The notes beneath the pieces are model-generated. The model saw only the letters and a program-made list of their open reading frames with translations. It was not told where the DNA came from and ran no database searches. Shown piece after piece: positions 12,297 to 25,700 of a stretch of 64,000 bases of DNA. The stretch comes from Podarcis bocagei (Eukaryota). A program made the position numbers and the translations under genes. Each line of letters starts with the position of its first letter. Position 1 is the first letter of the stretch. The stretch is from NCBI GenBank assembly GCA_964188305.1, contig OZ076889.1. One strand, given 5' to 3'.

Positions 12297-14489
12297 ATAC
12301 AGCGGAAAGGAGCAGCCAAGCATACTAGGACTCAATTTCTTGACTTTAAGAAAGCCGACTTCATAAAACTTAGGGAAGTGCTGGGTGAGATCCCATGGAC
12401 AGTAATACTAAAAGGAAAGGGAGTTCATGATGGCTGGGAGTTTGTTAAGAGGGAGATAGTAAAAGCACAACTTCAGGCAATACCAATGAGACGGAAACAT
12501 GGAAGGTGCCTAAAGAAGCCAGGGTGGCTATCTAAAGAACTTTTAACTGAGTTAAGATTAAAAAAGGATGTGTACAAAAAATGGAAAAGGGGGGAAACCA
12601 CCAAAGAGGAATTCAAACAAATAGCCAGCACGTGTAGACACAAAGTCAGAAAAGCTAAAGCACAGAATGAACTCAGGCTTGCTAGAGAGGTTAAAAGCAA
12701 CAAAAAAGGCTTTTATGGGTATGTTCGTAGCGAAAGGAAGAACAAAGAAACAGTGGGGTCACTCAGAGGAGAAGATGGTGAAATGCAAACAGGGGACACA
12801 GAAAGGGCTGAACTCCTCAATGCCTTCTTTGCCTCAGTCTTCTCCGATAAAGAAAACAATGCCCGACCTGAAGAATTTGGAGCAAATGATTTAGCAGAGG
12901 AAACACAGCCCAGAATAACTAAGGAGATAGTACAAGAATACTTGGCTAGTTTAGATGTATTCAAGTCTCCAGGGCCAGATGAACTGCATCCAAGAGTATT
13001 AAAAGAACTGGCAGATGTGATCTCAAAACCATTGGCAGTCATCTTTGAGAATTCCTGGCGAACAGGTGAAGTCCCGGCAGACTGGAGGAGGGCAAATGTT
13101 GTCCCTATTTTCAAAAAAGGGAAAAGAGAGGACCCAAATAATTATCGCCCAGTTAGTCTGACATCAATACCAGGGAAGATTCTGGAGCAGATCATTAAGC
13201 AAACAGTCTGTGAGCACCTAGAAAGGAATGCTGTGATCACCAATAGTCAGCATGGATTTCTGAAAAATAAGTCATGTCAGACTAACCTGATCTCGTTTTT
13301 TGACAGAATTACAAGCCTGGTAGATGAAGGGAACGCAGTGGATGTAGCCTACCTTGATTTCAGCAAGGCATTTGACAAGGTGCCCCATGATATTCTTGTA
13401 AAGAAGCTGGTAAAATGCGGTCTTGACTATGCTACCACTCAGTGGATTTGTAACTGGCTGACTGACCGAACCCAAAGGGTGCTCATCAATGGTTCCTCTT
13501 CATCCTGGAGAAGAGTGACTAGTGGGGTGCCACAGGGTTCTGTCTTGGGCCCGGTCTTATTCAACATCTTTATCAACAACTTGGATGATGGACTCAAGGG
13601 CATCCTGATCAAATTTGCAGGTGACACCAAACTGGGAGGGGTGGCTAACACCCCAGAGGACAGGATCACACTTCAAAACGACCTTGACAGATTAGAGAAC
13701 TGGGCAAAAACAAACAAGATGAATTTTAACAGGGAGAAATGTAAAGTATTGCACTTGGGCAAAAAAAATGAGAGGCACAAATACAAGATGGGTGACACCT
13801 GGCTTGAGAGCAGTACATGTGAAAAGGATCTAGGAGTCTTGGTTGACCACAAACTTGACATGAGCCAACAGTGTGACGCGGCAGCTAAAAAAGCCAATGC
13901 AATTCTGGGCTGCATCAATAGGAGTATAGCATCTAGATCAAGGGAAGTAATAGTGCCACTGTATTCTGCTTTGGTCAGACCTCACCTGGAGTACTGTGTC
14001 CAGTTCTGGGCACCACAGTTCAAGAAGGACACTGACAAACTGGAACGTGTCCAGAGGAGGGCAACCAAAATGGTCAAAGGCCTGGAAACGATGCTTTATG
14101 AGGAACGGCTAAGGGAGCTGGGCATGTTTAGCCTGGAGAAGAGGAGGTTAAGGGATGATATGATAGCCATGTTCAAATATATAAAAGGATGTCATATAGA
14201 GGAGGGAGAAAGGTTGTTTTCTGCTGCTCCAGAGAAGCGGACACGGAGCAATGGATCCAAACTACAAGAAAGAAGATTCCACCTAAACATTAGGAAGAAC
14301 TTCCTGACAGTAAGAGCTGTTCGACAGTGGCATTTGCTGCCAAGGAGTGTGGTGGAGTCTCCTTCTTTGGAGGTCTTTAAGCAGAGGCTTGACAACCATA
14401 TGTCAGGAGTGCTCTGATGGTGTTTCCTGCTTGGCAGGGGGTTGGACTCGATGGCCCTTGTGGTCTCTTCCAACTCTATGATTCTATGA
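12297..14489 (+). mobile_element. CR1 LINE, 5'-truncated (RT portion of ORF2 plus 3' UTR), young copy
   Basis: ORF2 motifs SPGPDELHPRVLKEL, NYRPVSLTSIPGK, QHGF, YLDFSKAFD, GVPQGSVLGPVLF; stop at 14417; CR1 3' UTR ending in (ATTCTATG)-type tail; ATGAAACT at both ends (12289-12296, 14486-14493). Confidence 0.95.
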
Positions 14490-17337
14490 AACTTGAGTGC
14501 TTGACTTTGTGTTCCCACATATTTTTTTACATCCAACAAACAGTTAGCTTTAAAAGCATTGTAGGCTGCTCTAGCTCCATATCTAATTCAAAATGCCGAA
14601 TGCTGCTGCATAAAAGACTGAAGCAAAAATTAAACCAACCCCCCCCCCACAAAAAACCCCCTGGCATTCAAAGAGGCAAATTGATAGGTCTGGAGGATAT
14701 TCTGACAATAGCTTGAATTAGGCACACAGAGTGAAGGGTGGGAGGGAAGGCACTGTACCCATTAAACAAGTGCAGGTGGTTGGGATGCAGCGGTGCATCT
14801 CACCCAGCATCATTAACCGTGACTGGGAATTGCTCTCCCACAGAGGCCTTTCTCAGTCTTGGGGCTGCATGCTTGCAAGGCAAGTGCTCAGCAGCTGAGC
14901 CTCTGCTGGTTCAGTTAAAAGACTGTGGACCCAGCCTGGAAGCTCAACTTGTAGCTGTTACACTTGAGACCCCTTGGACTTGACGTTCATTACAGAAAAG
15001 TAGCACTTGTTGTAGCCCTTCTGAGCTTCATCTGGAATTGTACTTACTACGTAATTTTTCCTCCTTCAAGAATTTTACTATCCCAGTGAAATGTTTTAAA
15101 AATACTGGAAGCTGGCTACCGGGAATTGCTTGCATAGGCTGAAAGAGAGCAATGCACTGCCCTGTTCTCTGCTTCAACCAGTAATGAGAATTCTGTGCCA
15201 CTGTGCATACAGATAAGGGCAGGGATCTGGGCCAAATCTCTTGGGCTGAGCCCAAACGATTGCCTTTTGTTCCATGTTAGTTTGTTTTTTGTCCTTTTCC
15301 ATTCTTGTATTTCTCTTTACATGTTTGCAGGGTACACGTGCAGACATCAGTACAGGGATGGAAAGGGACACGAGACATAACAAGGAGGGAAGCTTCCCTT
15401 GATGCCAGTAGAACTTTCCCTCCTGGTTCAAATAGCAGCTTTTGGGGCACGGGGCAAGAACAATTTTTGCCAGGAACATGGCTGACAGACACTGTTAACT
15501 GCCCCTTGGTACAGGGTCCAAATCCTGATCCCCCCTCGGCCACAAATTATAAGAAAGCTAGGCACATTAATTTCAACCATCCGTTGCCAAGTTTGGCCCC
15601 CAGCTTTGCACTGCTGACCATAGTTTCAAGCGCCACCTCCAAGTGACATTCTGCACATCTTTATTTAGAGGGTGATGTTTAGCCCTGTTGAATGCCTGTG
15701 ATTTGGAAGACTGGGGGTTCCACTCAGCATTGTTCCATGGGCAGATGTACAGTCCACTTACACCAGACAGAGCAAGTACTGAAAAAGTGTGTGTGTTTTT
15801 GTTACGGGGTCATGCATGGTTTTGTTTCTGACTACACACCCGATTTTGCACGGCTCTGCTCCTGAGTAGCTCACTCTCTAGGTTCAGCCTCTGTCCCTCT
15901 CCCTTCTTGAACACATTCATTAACCTCTTTCTATTATGTACGTTGTGATGGTAGACGTGATGAAACTAAAATGAAGCCAAGTACATAATCTCCAACACTT
16001 TTTGGTTCTGGGGAGGGGAACAGAGAAGTGAAATACTCCCTGCAGAAGTTTTACATGGCAAAAGTTTTGCAGTGCACATATTTGTATTTGGTTGAGGAAA
16101 ATACTGGGTGCTTTTTAAAAGCACAAAACCTGTAGCATTTTCTCCTGTATTAAAATGCATTTTTTTCCAAAGTCTGATAGTTCTTCTGTGATCAAGTGGC
16201 ATATACTGTTCTAGAAGAAAATGTGTGTGGCTGCACCTTTCTGTGAAAACTGGATGTGCTGAGAAAGATCAAGGGATTTCAAAAACCTTCCCTGTCAAAC
16301 AGTCTTAATATAATAACTCTTGTCTTACCTTTTCCCTTCCCTGATATTCAAGTGCTGTGAAACTTCAAAGGCTTGGCTTGTTTTCAATTGCTATTTTGAA
16401 CCACTTGCTGTTCATCAGCCTAGGAACAAAATCACTTTTTACACACTAGCTAGATCTAATTTAAATGGTGCTTGAGAAAGGCTCTATATTTTCATGAGCC
16501 CTTTGTTTCTTATTAGTTTAAGAAAATGCTAATACAGTGCCAAAACATTGTTTAACATGTCACAAAACTCCAAAGCTTGTTCTGCAACAAAGCTAAATAA
16601 GCCTTCTGAATTTAAGTTAAGCAGGAGGAAAAATATATCATGTTTGCACTATAAATGAAGGTGCTGAAGAACTAAACTTTCCTTGAACAAGTTCGGCAAA
16701 ATCCTTTGATTTACTTATTCCCCCCCCTTTTTGCTCTGTATAAAAGAATAAGAGCAGAACCCTCTCATGCTTGTTTATAGCCTTGCCAACCGAGTTGGAA
16801 AGGAGTGCCTGGCCTTTGCCAATGAAGAGTTCACCTGGGTGTGAGGATGAGTACCTCCTCTATGTAGAGAGCACTGATTTTGGGGAGGCCAAGTGTGTTG
16901 GGGCAAGACGGTTCAAGCAAGACACCGTATTTATGTACTATGAAAGGAGTGGGGGAGACATGGGAGGCAGCTGCAACGGTTATACATTACAGCAAGGGTT
17001 TTTCTTTAACTTGCTTACCTGCGTGGGGTGCTGTGTCCTTGCATCTCCAGTTGTGGGAGCGGAAGGTAACTTGGCATTTGGGCCTGAAGCTCCAAGGTGA
17101 GATACTGTGCCAGATAAGGTTCTGGGAAGAGAAGTTTCAGCAATATCCTTGTGTTTTGTACGAGTTATCTGGAGAGAAGCTGTGTTGATGCAAAGTGGCT
17201 CCTTTGGAAACAGGAAACAAGGGGGGAAACCTGCATGGGAGCATCAAATGTGAGCTACCTGAGGCCAGAGAGATACAGGCCCATGCCGTGTGCCCTATTG
17301 TCTGAGTTGTAGCCTTTCTGTGTAGGGGGTTTAGATA

Positions 17338-17552
17338 CAGTGGTACCTTGGGTTAAGAACTTAATTCATTCTGGATGACTGTTCTTAACCTGAGGTACCA
17401 CTTTAGCTAATGGGGCCGCCACACGGCCACTGCACAAATCCTGTTCTCATTCTGGAGCAAAGTTCTTAACCCGAGGTACTATTTCTGAGTTAGCAGAGTC
17501 TATAACCTGAAGCGTCTGTAACCTGAAGCGTCTGTAACCCGAGGTACTACTG
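17338..17552. mobile_element. Tc1/mariner MITE
   Basis: TA|CAGTGGTACCTTGGGTTA...TAACCCGAGGTACTACTG|TA. Confidence 0.85.
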
Positions 17553-19710
17553 TACTGCTGGTGTATCAGGTGGAGTGCTGGCTGAGGGCCCAAGAGATCA
17601 GAGGGGGCCCTCACTGGCCCCACCCAACCACAAAGCAGCCGTTTGGAAGTGGACAAATCAATGAGACAGCCTGGACCCCGTGAGAAGAATATAGAGACTG
17701 CTCTTTGTAATAAAAAAGTGACAAGTGGCCCTGCTCCCTTTTTTCCAGAAGCCCCCATCTCTTTCCCCAGAAATCCTGCTTTTTAATATAAATTTAATAT
17801 AATAGTGGGAGTACTGTGTTTTATGATACTTTGTCCCTGGTGTGAAAGAACAGGTTTTATGTCCTCCAACATAGGGCATGGGTGATAATCCTAAATGTTG
17901 ATGGGTTGCATCCTTCTAGATGGACATATAGCACAGCTTTTTTCTTTCTTTCCCTGAGCTGGTGTAAAGTTATGGCATTCACGGCTGCAGATCTAAGGAG
18001 TGTAGAATATGGTACAAGTGCGCTCTTTCCTCACGTTGCCCGTGCCCTGCACCCCATTCCAGCTGCTTCACTGGCGTATCTTTGCTGGTGGAATGGCTCT
18101 ACCAGTGGAGGGTTTACACCAGCAGATCTCCCCTGGCAAATCTGCCGTGGTGGCTGCATATCTGGTATTCCACCAATGTGGTGGGGGCTTCTGCCAAAGT
18201 CGAAAGCTGTCAAATCTTCAGTATGGGATTGCATCCTAATTAAATTGTAATTCATTATTTACATTTGCTTACCATTTTTGAGCTTTTCTTTTGATATACT
18301 TCCACACTTGTCTTTATCAGCTCTGAATTTCTCCTGCTGTTTTATTGTCTCTCTCACAGCCCTTTAAAGTTAGCTTCTTTGAGAAATCTTGCATCCTTTT
18401 GCCTGACTTGTGTGTGCTTTTGCCTCATTTGACAGCTCCCTTTCTGATTAATTTATGCTTATGTCAAACAGAGGCCCCATTATTTGCTTCAGATTCTTTC
18501 TTTCTGTTGGTTGCTTCATCAGATCTTTAAAAGATTTGAGTCTCGTACCGCTTCTTGGTTTTCATAGGAGCCTCTTAGTTTGGGAGTTCTGGCTTTGCAT
18601 GTACAGATTGTGCAGAGGTCTGTGCATATTAAGTTCATTGCAAGCAAGCTTTTTTGCACACACTGCCTTAAGTCAAACATGTGGATGGCAGGTGGAACCA
18701 GCAGGTGCCCCATGAAGGGGACGGTGGTAATCCTGTTTATTACTGTGCAGGCACTTTGAAGGTCTACAGAGGACTGCAGTTTGACACTACACAGGCTGTA
18801 AGAACAAAAGCAGGGGTTTCTCAGCAACATCATTGCTCTTATACAGCTGCCCTACATGTCTTTGTCCAAATGCAGAGCTTTTTCTCAGGTATATAGATTT
18901 GGGTGTTAGAAATAATTAGGTGTTTTGTTTTTTTAAGAAATAACGAGGAAATCTTAGAACCTTATTTCTTAACAGATTATAATCTATTCATTTCCTTACT
19001 ATTTAGATTTGGGGGGGGGGGGAGTGGGAAGATAAGGTGCTCAACTTGCAGCTTAACACAAAAGGTGATTTTTGCCAGGCTTTTAGGCTAACTCTTCCAG
19101 CCGGCTGCATTTGCCTTGAGCATTAGCTTAACTTCTTCATAAACAACCCTCCCTGGCCTCTGCACAGAGGAAGGTGTCGGGTTTTCAAGGTGATTAGCAG
19201 GGAACACTTTACCCATGTAGCAGCTGTTCCTCCATATGGATGTGTGGAACACAGTCAAAGATAAGTGAAGGGCAGGGCAGGTGTCCACAGAAAGCAAAGA
19301 ACCAGCTTTCATCAATCCTGATAAAATTAACATCTGGGAAACTTTTACAAAAGGCTGCCTTTTCGTTGCCACTGTTTCACGCAGGGCTACTTCATGTATT
19401 ACAAACAGAAAAGAGATTAATCTACATGTCAGGTGATGTGTGAGCAAACTGCCAACCTGGACCTAATCGCTGTGCTGAATTATGCTTAACACCAAAGCAC
19501 CTTTGTCCACAAAATGGCACAGCCAGCTCTGACCCTGAATGGTATGGACATGGTGTGGTGCATTTTTTTTTCCTTTCAAAGAAACCTCCCATTAAATGCT
19601 GGAATTCTGGGGTGAATTGGGAATTGGGAATGCACGCCTGATTCTCTGACTCCAGTCCTCTACGTTCCAAGATACTTTAATATTTTGAAGGGTCTTCCCT
19701 CCTGTTATTC

Positions 19711-19932
19711 ATTATTATTATTTTACATTTATATCCCAACGGTCCTCCAAGGAGCTGAAGGTGCCGTACATAGTTCTCCTCCCTCATTTTATCCTCACAA
19801 CAACCCTGTGAGGTAGGTTAGGCAGCGACTGACCCCAAGGTCAGCACCCAGTGAGCTTCATACCTGAGAGGGGGGGCATATTTGAACCCTGGTCTTAGTG
19901 CAATGCTCTCTCGACTACACTACATTGGCTCT
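19711..19932 (-). mobile_element. MIR-like CORE-SINE
   Basis: Core motif ttttatcctcacaacaaccctgtgaggtagg...cccaaggtc...tttgaaccc with (ATT)n tail. Confidence 0.65.
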
Positions 19933-20764
19933 TAAATATTACTATATCCAAATAATGAAATCCCAAGCCAGAATGAGATTTTCTGGCTCGCTGTAGCTTT
20001 TAGAAGTATGCAGCTACAAATGAAATGAGTAGCATTAGATCACAAGGAAGGTAGTTGGGGACCAGAATTTGACCTTAGGCAGAGTGAGGCAGCCGCCTCG
20101 GGTAGCACATGCTGTGTGGGTGGTGGTGTGGCAGCGAGAAGCTGGATGATAGAGGTAGGTGTGCACCACATGGTCTACCCTGCATGCCCCACGGGATGTG
20201 GTGGAGTGCGCCATCTTTGCTAGTGTTAGTGGTTTGTTTGTTTTTTTAGTGAATCTTTGCTAGTGTTGAAGTAAGATTCAACAGCCGGTCCAGTTGGCTT
20301 CTCTACATAGAATGGACAGCACTAGAGTGCCTTTTACCCCAGGCAGCAAAATGTCTTGAGCCAGCCCTTTCAGGGACAATAGAACACATTATAAAGAGTT
20401 TTTATAAGAAAAACATATAAAAAGCATGTTAACCTAGCCACTCGGGGACTTAGCTGGAGATTGCATTTGCTATTAAGCAAATGTATGATATTAATTACAT
20501 TTGTTCCTAAGAAAGTTACCAATGCATTTGCAAGCAGGCCTTTGTTTTTGTCGGAGAGCAAAACAAGCTTCTCTCTTACGGCATCTAGATTCTGAAGCAA
20601 GATAGATCCTAAACAAGGTAGTTTGCTGTATTTTTGTCCCAAGCAAAAATCAAGATTGTTTTTATGGGAAGGATTTTTGATTTATTTGATTTGTTTGCGT
20701 GTTGGCTGCTCTTCGGCCAAGGCTCTCAGAGCAGCTCATAAGAATTAAATAAATAATATACAAT

Positions 20765-20917
20765 GGCAGTGTGATAGCTCAGCCAGTAGAGCATGCGACT
20801 TAATTTCAGAGTTGTGGGTTCAAGGCCCACATTGGGCAAGAGATTCCTGCATCAAAGGGGGTTGGACAAGGTGACCCTCAGGGTCCCTTCCAGCTCTACA
20901 AGTCTACGATTCTGTGA
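20765..20917 (+). mobile_element. tRNA-Lys-derived SINE with CR1-type tail
   Basis: Head tagctcagccagtagagcatgcgact...gtgggttcaaggcccacattgggc; tail ggggttggac...cccttccagctcta...attctgtga. Confidence 0.75.
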
Positions 20918-22611
20918 ATATCAAACTGTACAATATGTTGCTAATAAAGAAGGCAGCATTCCAGCGTGATGAAACGCAAACAAGCCGAAAGACCTGGGCA
21001 AATAAAAAGGTCCTCACCTGGCACCAAACAGAAAACCAAGGCTAAGGCTGTGTACTACATTCCACACATTTTAATGCATCTTACTACCTCCGAAGGAATA
21101 ACTTTTTCTTTTTATAAATGAAAATTAGGTATATTTACTGTTTGAAGCTGGACACAAAAAGGAGAGTCACTGTTAAGAGAGGAAGAAGAGCAGTTGCCCA
21201 GTAGGATTGATTAATCTTTATTAAGTTGGTTAATATTAGTGGCTAACAGCAGAACTGAATACGGTACATATGAAATGTATAGAATGAACACAGAGTCCAT
21301 TAAACAGATTAAACATATGACGTTTGCATTTTCTACTAAAATGAGAATGGCTACATCATATCAAGTAGGAAATGCCAAAATAAATATATACCGGTAGATC
21401 AGCCTCAGAATAAATATGTAGAACAGCCCTGTATGCCTTCATCGCAAAGAAACAGAGAGCGCATTACTTGGTCAGGTGACTCATGAGAGAATTGGTGGAC
21501 TTGGCTCATTTCCAGAAGCGTTCTCTCTGGCCCTGGTCAAATACTCCAGTACTCCATCTGTTTAGAGAACTAAAGAAATATTGTTTTGCCTTTTAGGCAA
21601 CACTTTATATCCGGGTTTCTCCAGGAACCTGTTTAATGAACAACCAGTTTTGTTACACTAATCCCTAATAATGCTAGGATAAACATAGTTTTGTTTGCTA
21701 AATATTTAGAATCTAGAGGAGCCCTGAGAATTTAGAGCAGTTGTGAATAAATATGCTTCGTAAAATCAACAACAACCACAGCTACAACAGCAACCACAAC
21801 AATCCCTGCCCCTGGATTCTATCACCTTGCTCTGCATAACTCAGAAATGATGCAGGGAGCAAAGGATGCCTTCCCTGCACCAGGCTTTGTGTGTGATCTC
21901 ATGTTTTGCAAAGCCAAATCCATAGGTATAGGAAGAGCACTCCCTATTTCCTCTCGCTTGAAAATGCCACCCATCTAGCATTTCCCTTATAAAGAAAACA
22001 TGGGGTTGTGAATACTGTGTTATTTCTTCTAACATGTAGACCTGCCAGGAGTCGGGGAAATAGGATTTTGCTGCACGTAGTAAGGTAACTGGAGCTCTCA
22101 TGTACCCTGGCTCTACTATGGATTTGGATAACATTTGTTCATACTCTGCACAACTACAGTACCAGCACAGTTTCTTTCTAGTGGCATGAACACCTTCTCT
22201 GGAAATGGGCTTGTGCTTAGTAAATGGAATCTCATCTGCTTTAAGGTCTGGCTTGTTATCAACAGAACAGTTATTCAAAACTGCCTTGATTCTGGAATTT
22301 GTAGGCATATGCATAGGATTATAGAAGTCCAGTTTATTCTCTCAGTTAGTATAAATTAGAAGTAGCTGCTCTAGAGAATAGAATTGCATGTGTCTATAAG
22401 ATAGACCAGCCCGTGGCACGTTTAGTGTGCTACCTTAATGTTGGGGCCACCAAATCTAGTTTACATGTTCCTATTGTGCAAAATTCTGCGGCTCTGAGCA
22501 TAATAACCTGATGTCCTGTGGAGAGCCAATCTTCTATAATAAGTGGGAAAGCATCTATCATTGGTGCTAAATGCGCTTGGTGTTATTTCACCCCTGCACT
22601 TTCTCTTCCAG

Positions 22612-22732
22612 TCTGAATACCATTATGAATACACAGCATGTAACAGCCAAGGCTCCAGATGGAGAGTAGCTGTGCCGCACAACCCAGGACTCTGCACCGG
22701 CTTGCCAGACCCCATCAAAGGCACAAAATGCT
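22612..22732 (+). CDS. ELAPOR1: ELAPOR1 exon 2 (121 nt)
   Basis: ttccag|TCTGAATAC...TGCT|gtaag; [40 protein letters not shown]. Confidence 0.95.
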
Positions 22733-25700
22733 GTAAGCTATGACTGCTGTCACCACACCTTCCCTTTACATGGTTTATTCCAGCCAACTGGAGGCTCCAG
22801 AGCCACGTTGAGCCATGGGGCACGAGATGTCACATCGTGCAATGTGTTAAAATGAGGTCTACCCCTGTTAATAGTTGAACATTCAGAAGAGAAAGATACC
22901 AATTTCATGCTTAGAATATCCTTGAATGCAGGCGGTGACCATTTTTCGTGCATCTGATTGCCGTGCAACCGCCAATGCCTGTGTTGCTTTTGGCCCCAGA
23001 AGGGGATGGAACGGGTTTACTTGCGACTGCTGACACGTGCAATGACCCGGAATGCAACCCCCACACAGGTGGAGAGTTGCCTGTATTTTGTGTATGTTAA
23101 CTTCCCACACATACAGTTAGCATTGGCATACATGACTTGAAATTGACATGTTGCTGAAATTTTGTAATGATGCACTTTGCTACAAATTTGGACACCCCCC
23201 CCCCCAGTGTTAATGGCTGGGGGAGTGGGAGGATGGTGCAGTATTGCCTCTCCATTGCTGATGGTGCTCTGCTATGCCAGAGGTCCTGAGCTTCTCTCTG
23301 ACAGGTGGGAAGCTTCTGCTGGTGGGTTTTCCCATTGGCAGTAAACCACAGAAAGCCTTGAAATGGGACATTGCAGGGCACCAGAGGCTGTGAGTCTGTT
23401 GGATCCAAAGCACCACGGATTCCCACAGGGGCCAGATCCTATGACTAGTTAATGAGCAAACCAGGATTAGGAACCATAGTTACATCTTGGTTTGTTCTCA
23501 TTCAATGAATTTTAAGCAAACCACAATTCTTGGAGTCTGGATGTTCTAGGGAACTGTGGTTTGAAATTGTATAAGAAGCTACACCAGTGGTGAACTGGAT
23601 GCGTATGGGAAACAGAAGCAGGACATGAGCACAGTAGGACTCTCCCAACTTGTGATTCTTATTAAGTGGCAACCCACAGATCCCCAGAGTGCAGTCTGGC
23701 CAGGGCAAATGCATTGGGGCAGCATGTTATATAAATCTAGGAATCACTCAAGGAAGTCTGTGTTTGGTTTTCATTTGTCTTTTTCCCCTGATCAGTTTTT
23801 CTCTTCTGCATTTCAGCATTTTCCTGCAAAGCTGGCGAATTCTTGGACATGAAGAACCAGTCATGCATGCCGTGTGCAGAGGGCACATATTCTCTGGGCA
23901 CTGGCATCAGGTTCGATGAGTGGGATGAGCTGCCCCATGGTTTTGACAACAAAGCAACCAACCTTGAAATTGATTACAGCTTATCAGAGTCCTTGGGAAA
24001 CTGCAGCATGTGAGTGAGCTTGTTGCTCTCATTTCTGCTAGAGCACATCATTATCACATAGACTGCTGATTCTAAAAGCTAAACACGTTGTTTAAGTGGG
24101 GGTGCTTGTGAATTTCTCCACAGATCCTGAGGGTCTGAATTACCCAGACTTATTTTTGGAGTAGTATCTTGCTAGTCTCCTGCCTTTGATTTCCAGACTG
24201 CTGCACGTGCTCAGTTGATGCCATTCTCAATTGTAGCTTCCCCTCCCTCCTCACAGCTAGGTGATTCACATCAGCATGTATGCATATGGATTAAATCTCT
24301 GTGCAAAAAAGGGAATCCTGATGTGGTTGCATCAAGGTTCAATTTTAAACTATGATTTAATCAATATGTATATGTGCTGGTGTGGATTAGTCACTTTAGG
24401 GGGCGGGGGGGGGGGGGGAGGAAGAGCCATGAACTGCAAATTGAGCAATGTGCCAAGTAAAAAACTAACTTTAGAATTCTCCTAGCCAAACCAAAAGGCA
24501 GGCAAAGCAGGATATGGAACAGAGCAACCCTAGAGAATAGCGATGGGATGGGATGGAAAGGGGAAATACTCTCTTCCCTAAGTTTGATCAGTTGCTGCAC
24601 TGTGTCTATAGTAGAGCTGGCCCAAGACGTTTTGGCATCAGAGGCGAACCACAAAATGGTGCTCCCCCATGCCAGGGAACAAGGGGGTGGAGTGATGATC
24701 TACAGCAGGGGGAAGTGTGTATGTTGGGTGGGGAGGGGTCTTGCATGAGGAAAGAGGCCCACTCTGAATCACATTGGGCTGGTACAGAGCCAGGAGACCC
24801 CAAAGGGTAGTCCCTGCCATTTTCTTCATAAGGGTGGGAGGGCACCAACAGCACCTCCTATTTGCTGAGAGCATGCGGTAGAGGCAGCATGGTGGTGCTG
24901 CGGAGGAGGAGGAGGATGCAGAGGATGCAGATCCAGCATCCAAGTAGCCTGCCATAGCTGTTGCTGCCCCCATGGCAGCAGCAACGGACAATGCATTTTT
25001 TTGAGGCCAGATTTGCTGCATTTGTGGATCTTGCTGCCTGAGGCGGCTTCCTCACCTTACCTCATAGGTGGGCCAGCCCTGGTATATAGATGAAATGGTA
25101 AGTTCATGTGCACCAGCACCCTAGCATTTCTGACATTTGGCACTCTGTGTGTGAGTGTGTAAATTCTCCCAATGTGAACAGAATTCTTCACCAGGGTTAA
25201 GTAAATTAAATACATTTTGCATATATTTACTTACTGTGCATAATTCAGTTTGCTTCCCCTAATCATAAGAGACAAAGAGGATATATAATGCACTGAATCC
25301 CCATTTCCTGCCAGCTGAAATTCTGTCTCCCCTTTGCACCTGAGATTTCACTTATTTTGCAGCCATATAGACTAGACTCTCATTTTGGTTTGGTTTTTAA
25401 AAGGAAAGCCCAGGTTCCAGACTGGTATGGTCACACAGTGGTAAGATACAGACAGTTGATTAAGTTTTAATTGCAATAGCAGATTCTGTCATTGCTCCCA
25501 CTGGGTTATTTTGACCTGCTAATTTTTACCTAGGGAACAGATATTGTGACTTTCTCATTTTTAAGTCCAGGGATTTGTTTGCTTACAAAACAGACAGCCA
25601 TTTAATTTCTAAATAAAAAAGTACATTACTAGATTCTGACAAATTTATTGCTTTATGAATTATAGCCCCAGGAATAGTTCACAGCAGTATTGGGTTTTTT

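Noticed and set aside
12192-14417. 741-aa RT ORF as a host gene, retron or novel RT system
   Set aside because: CR1 ORF2 motifs, CR1 3' UTR/tail and TSD explain it fully; the first ~35 codons are flanking DNA.
21841-22314. 157-aa minus-strand ORF and similar short intronic ORFs
   Set aside because: No recognisable domain, splice structure or coding signal; consistent with chance.
1-22611. ELAPOR1 exon 1 or an upstream neighbour gene
   Set aside because: No signal-peptide exon ending in a HACKE-like phase-0 donor and no CpG-island promoter seen; probably upstream of the window.
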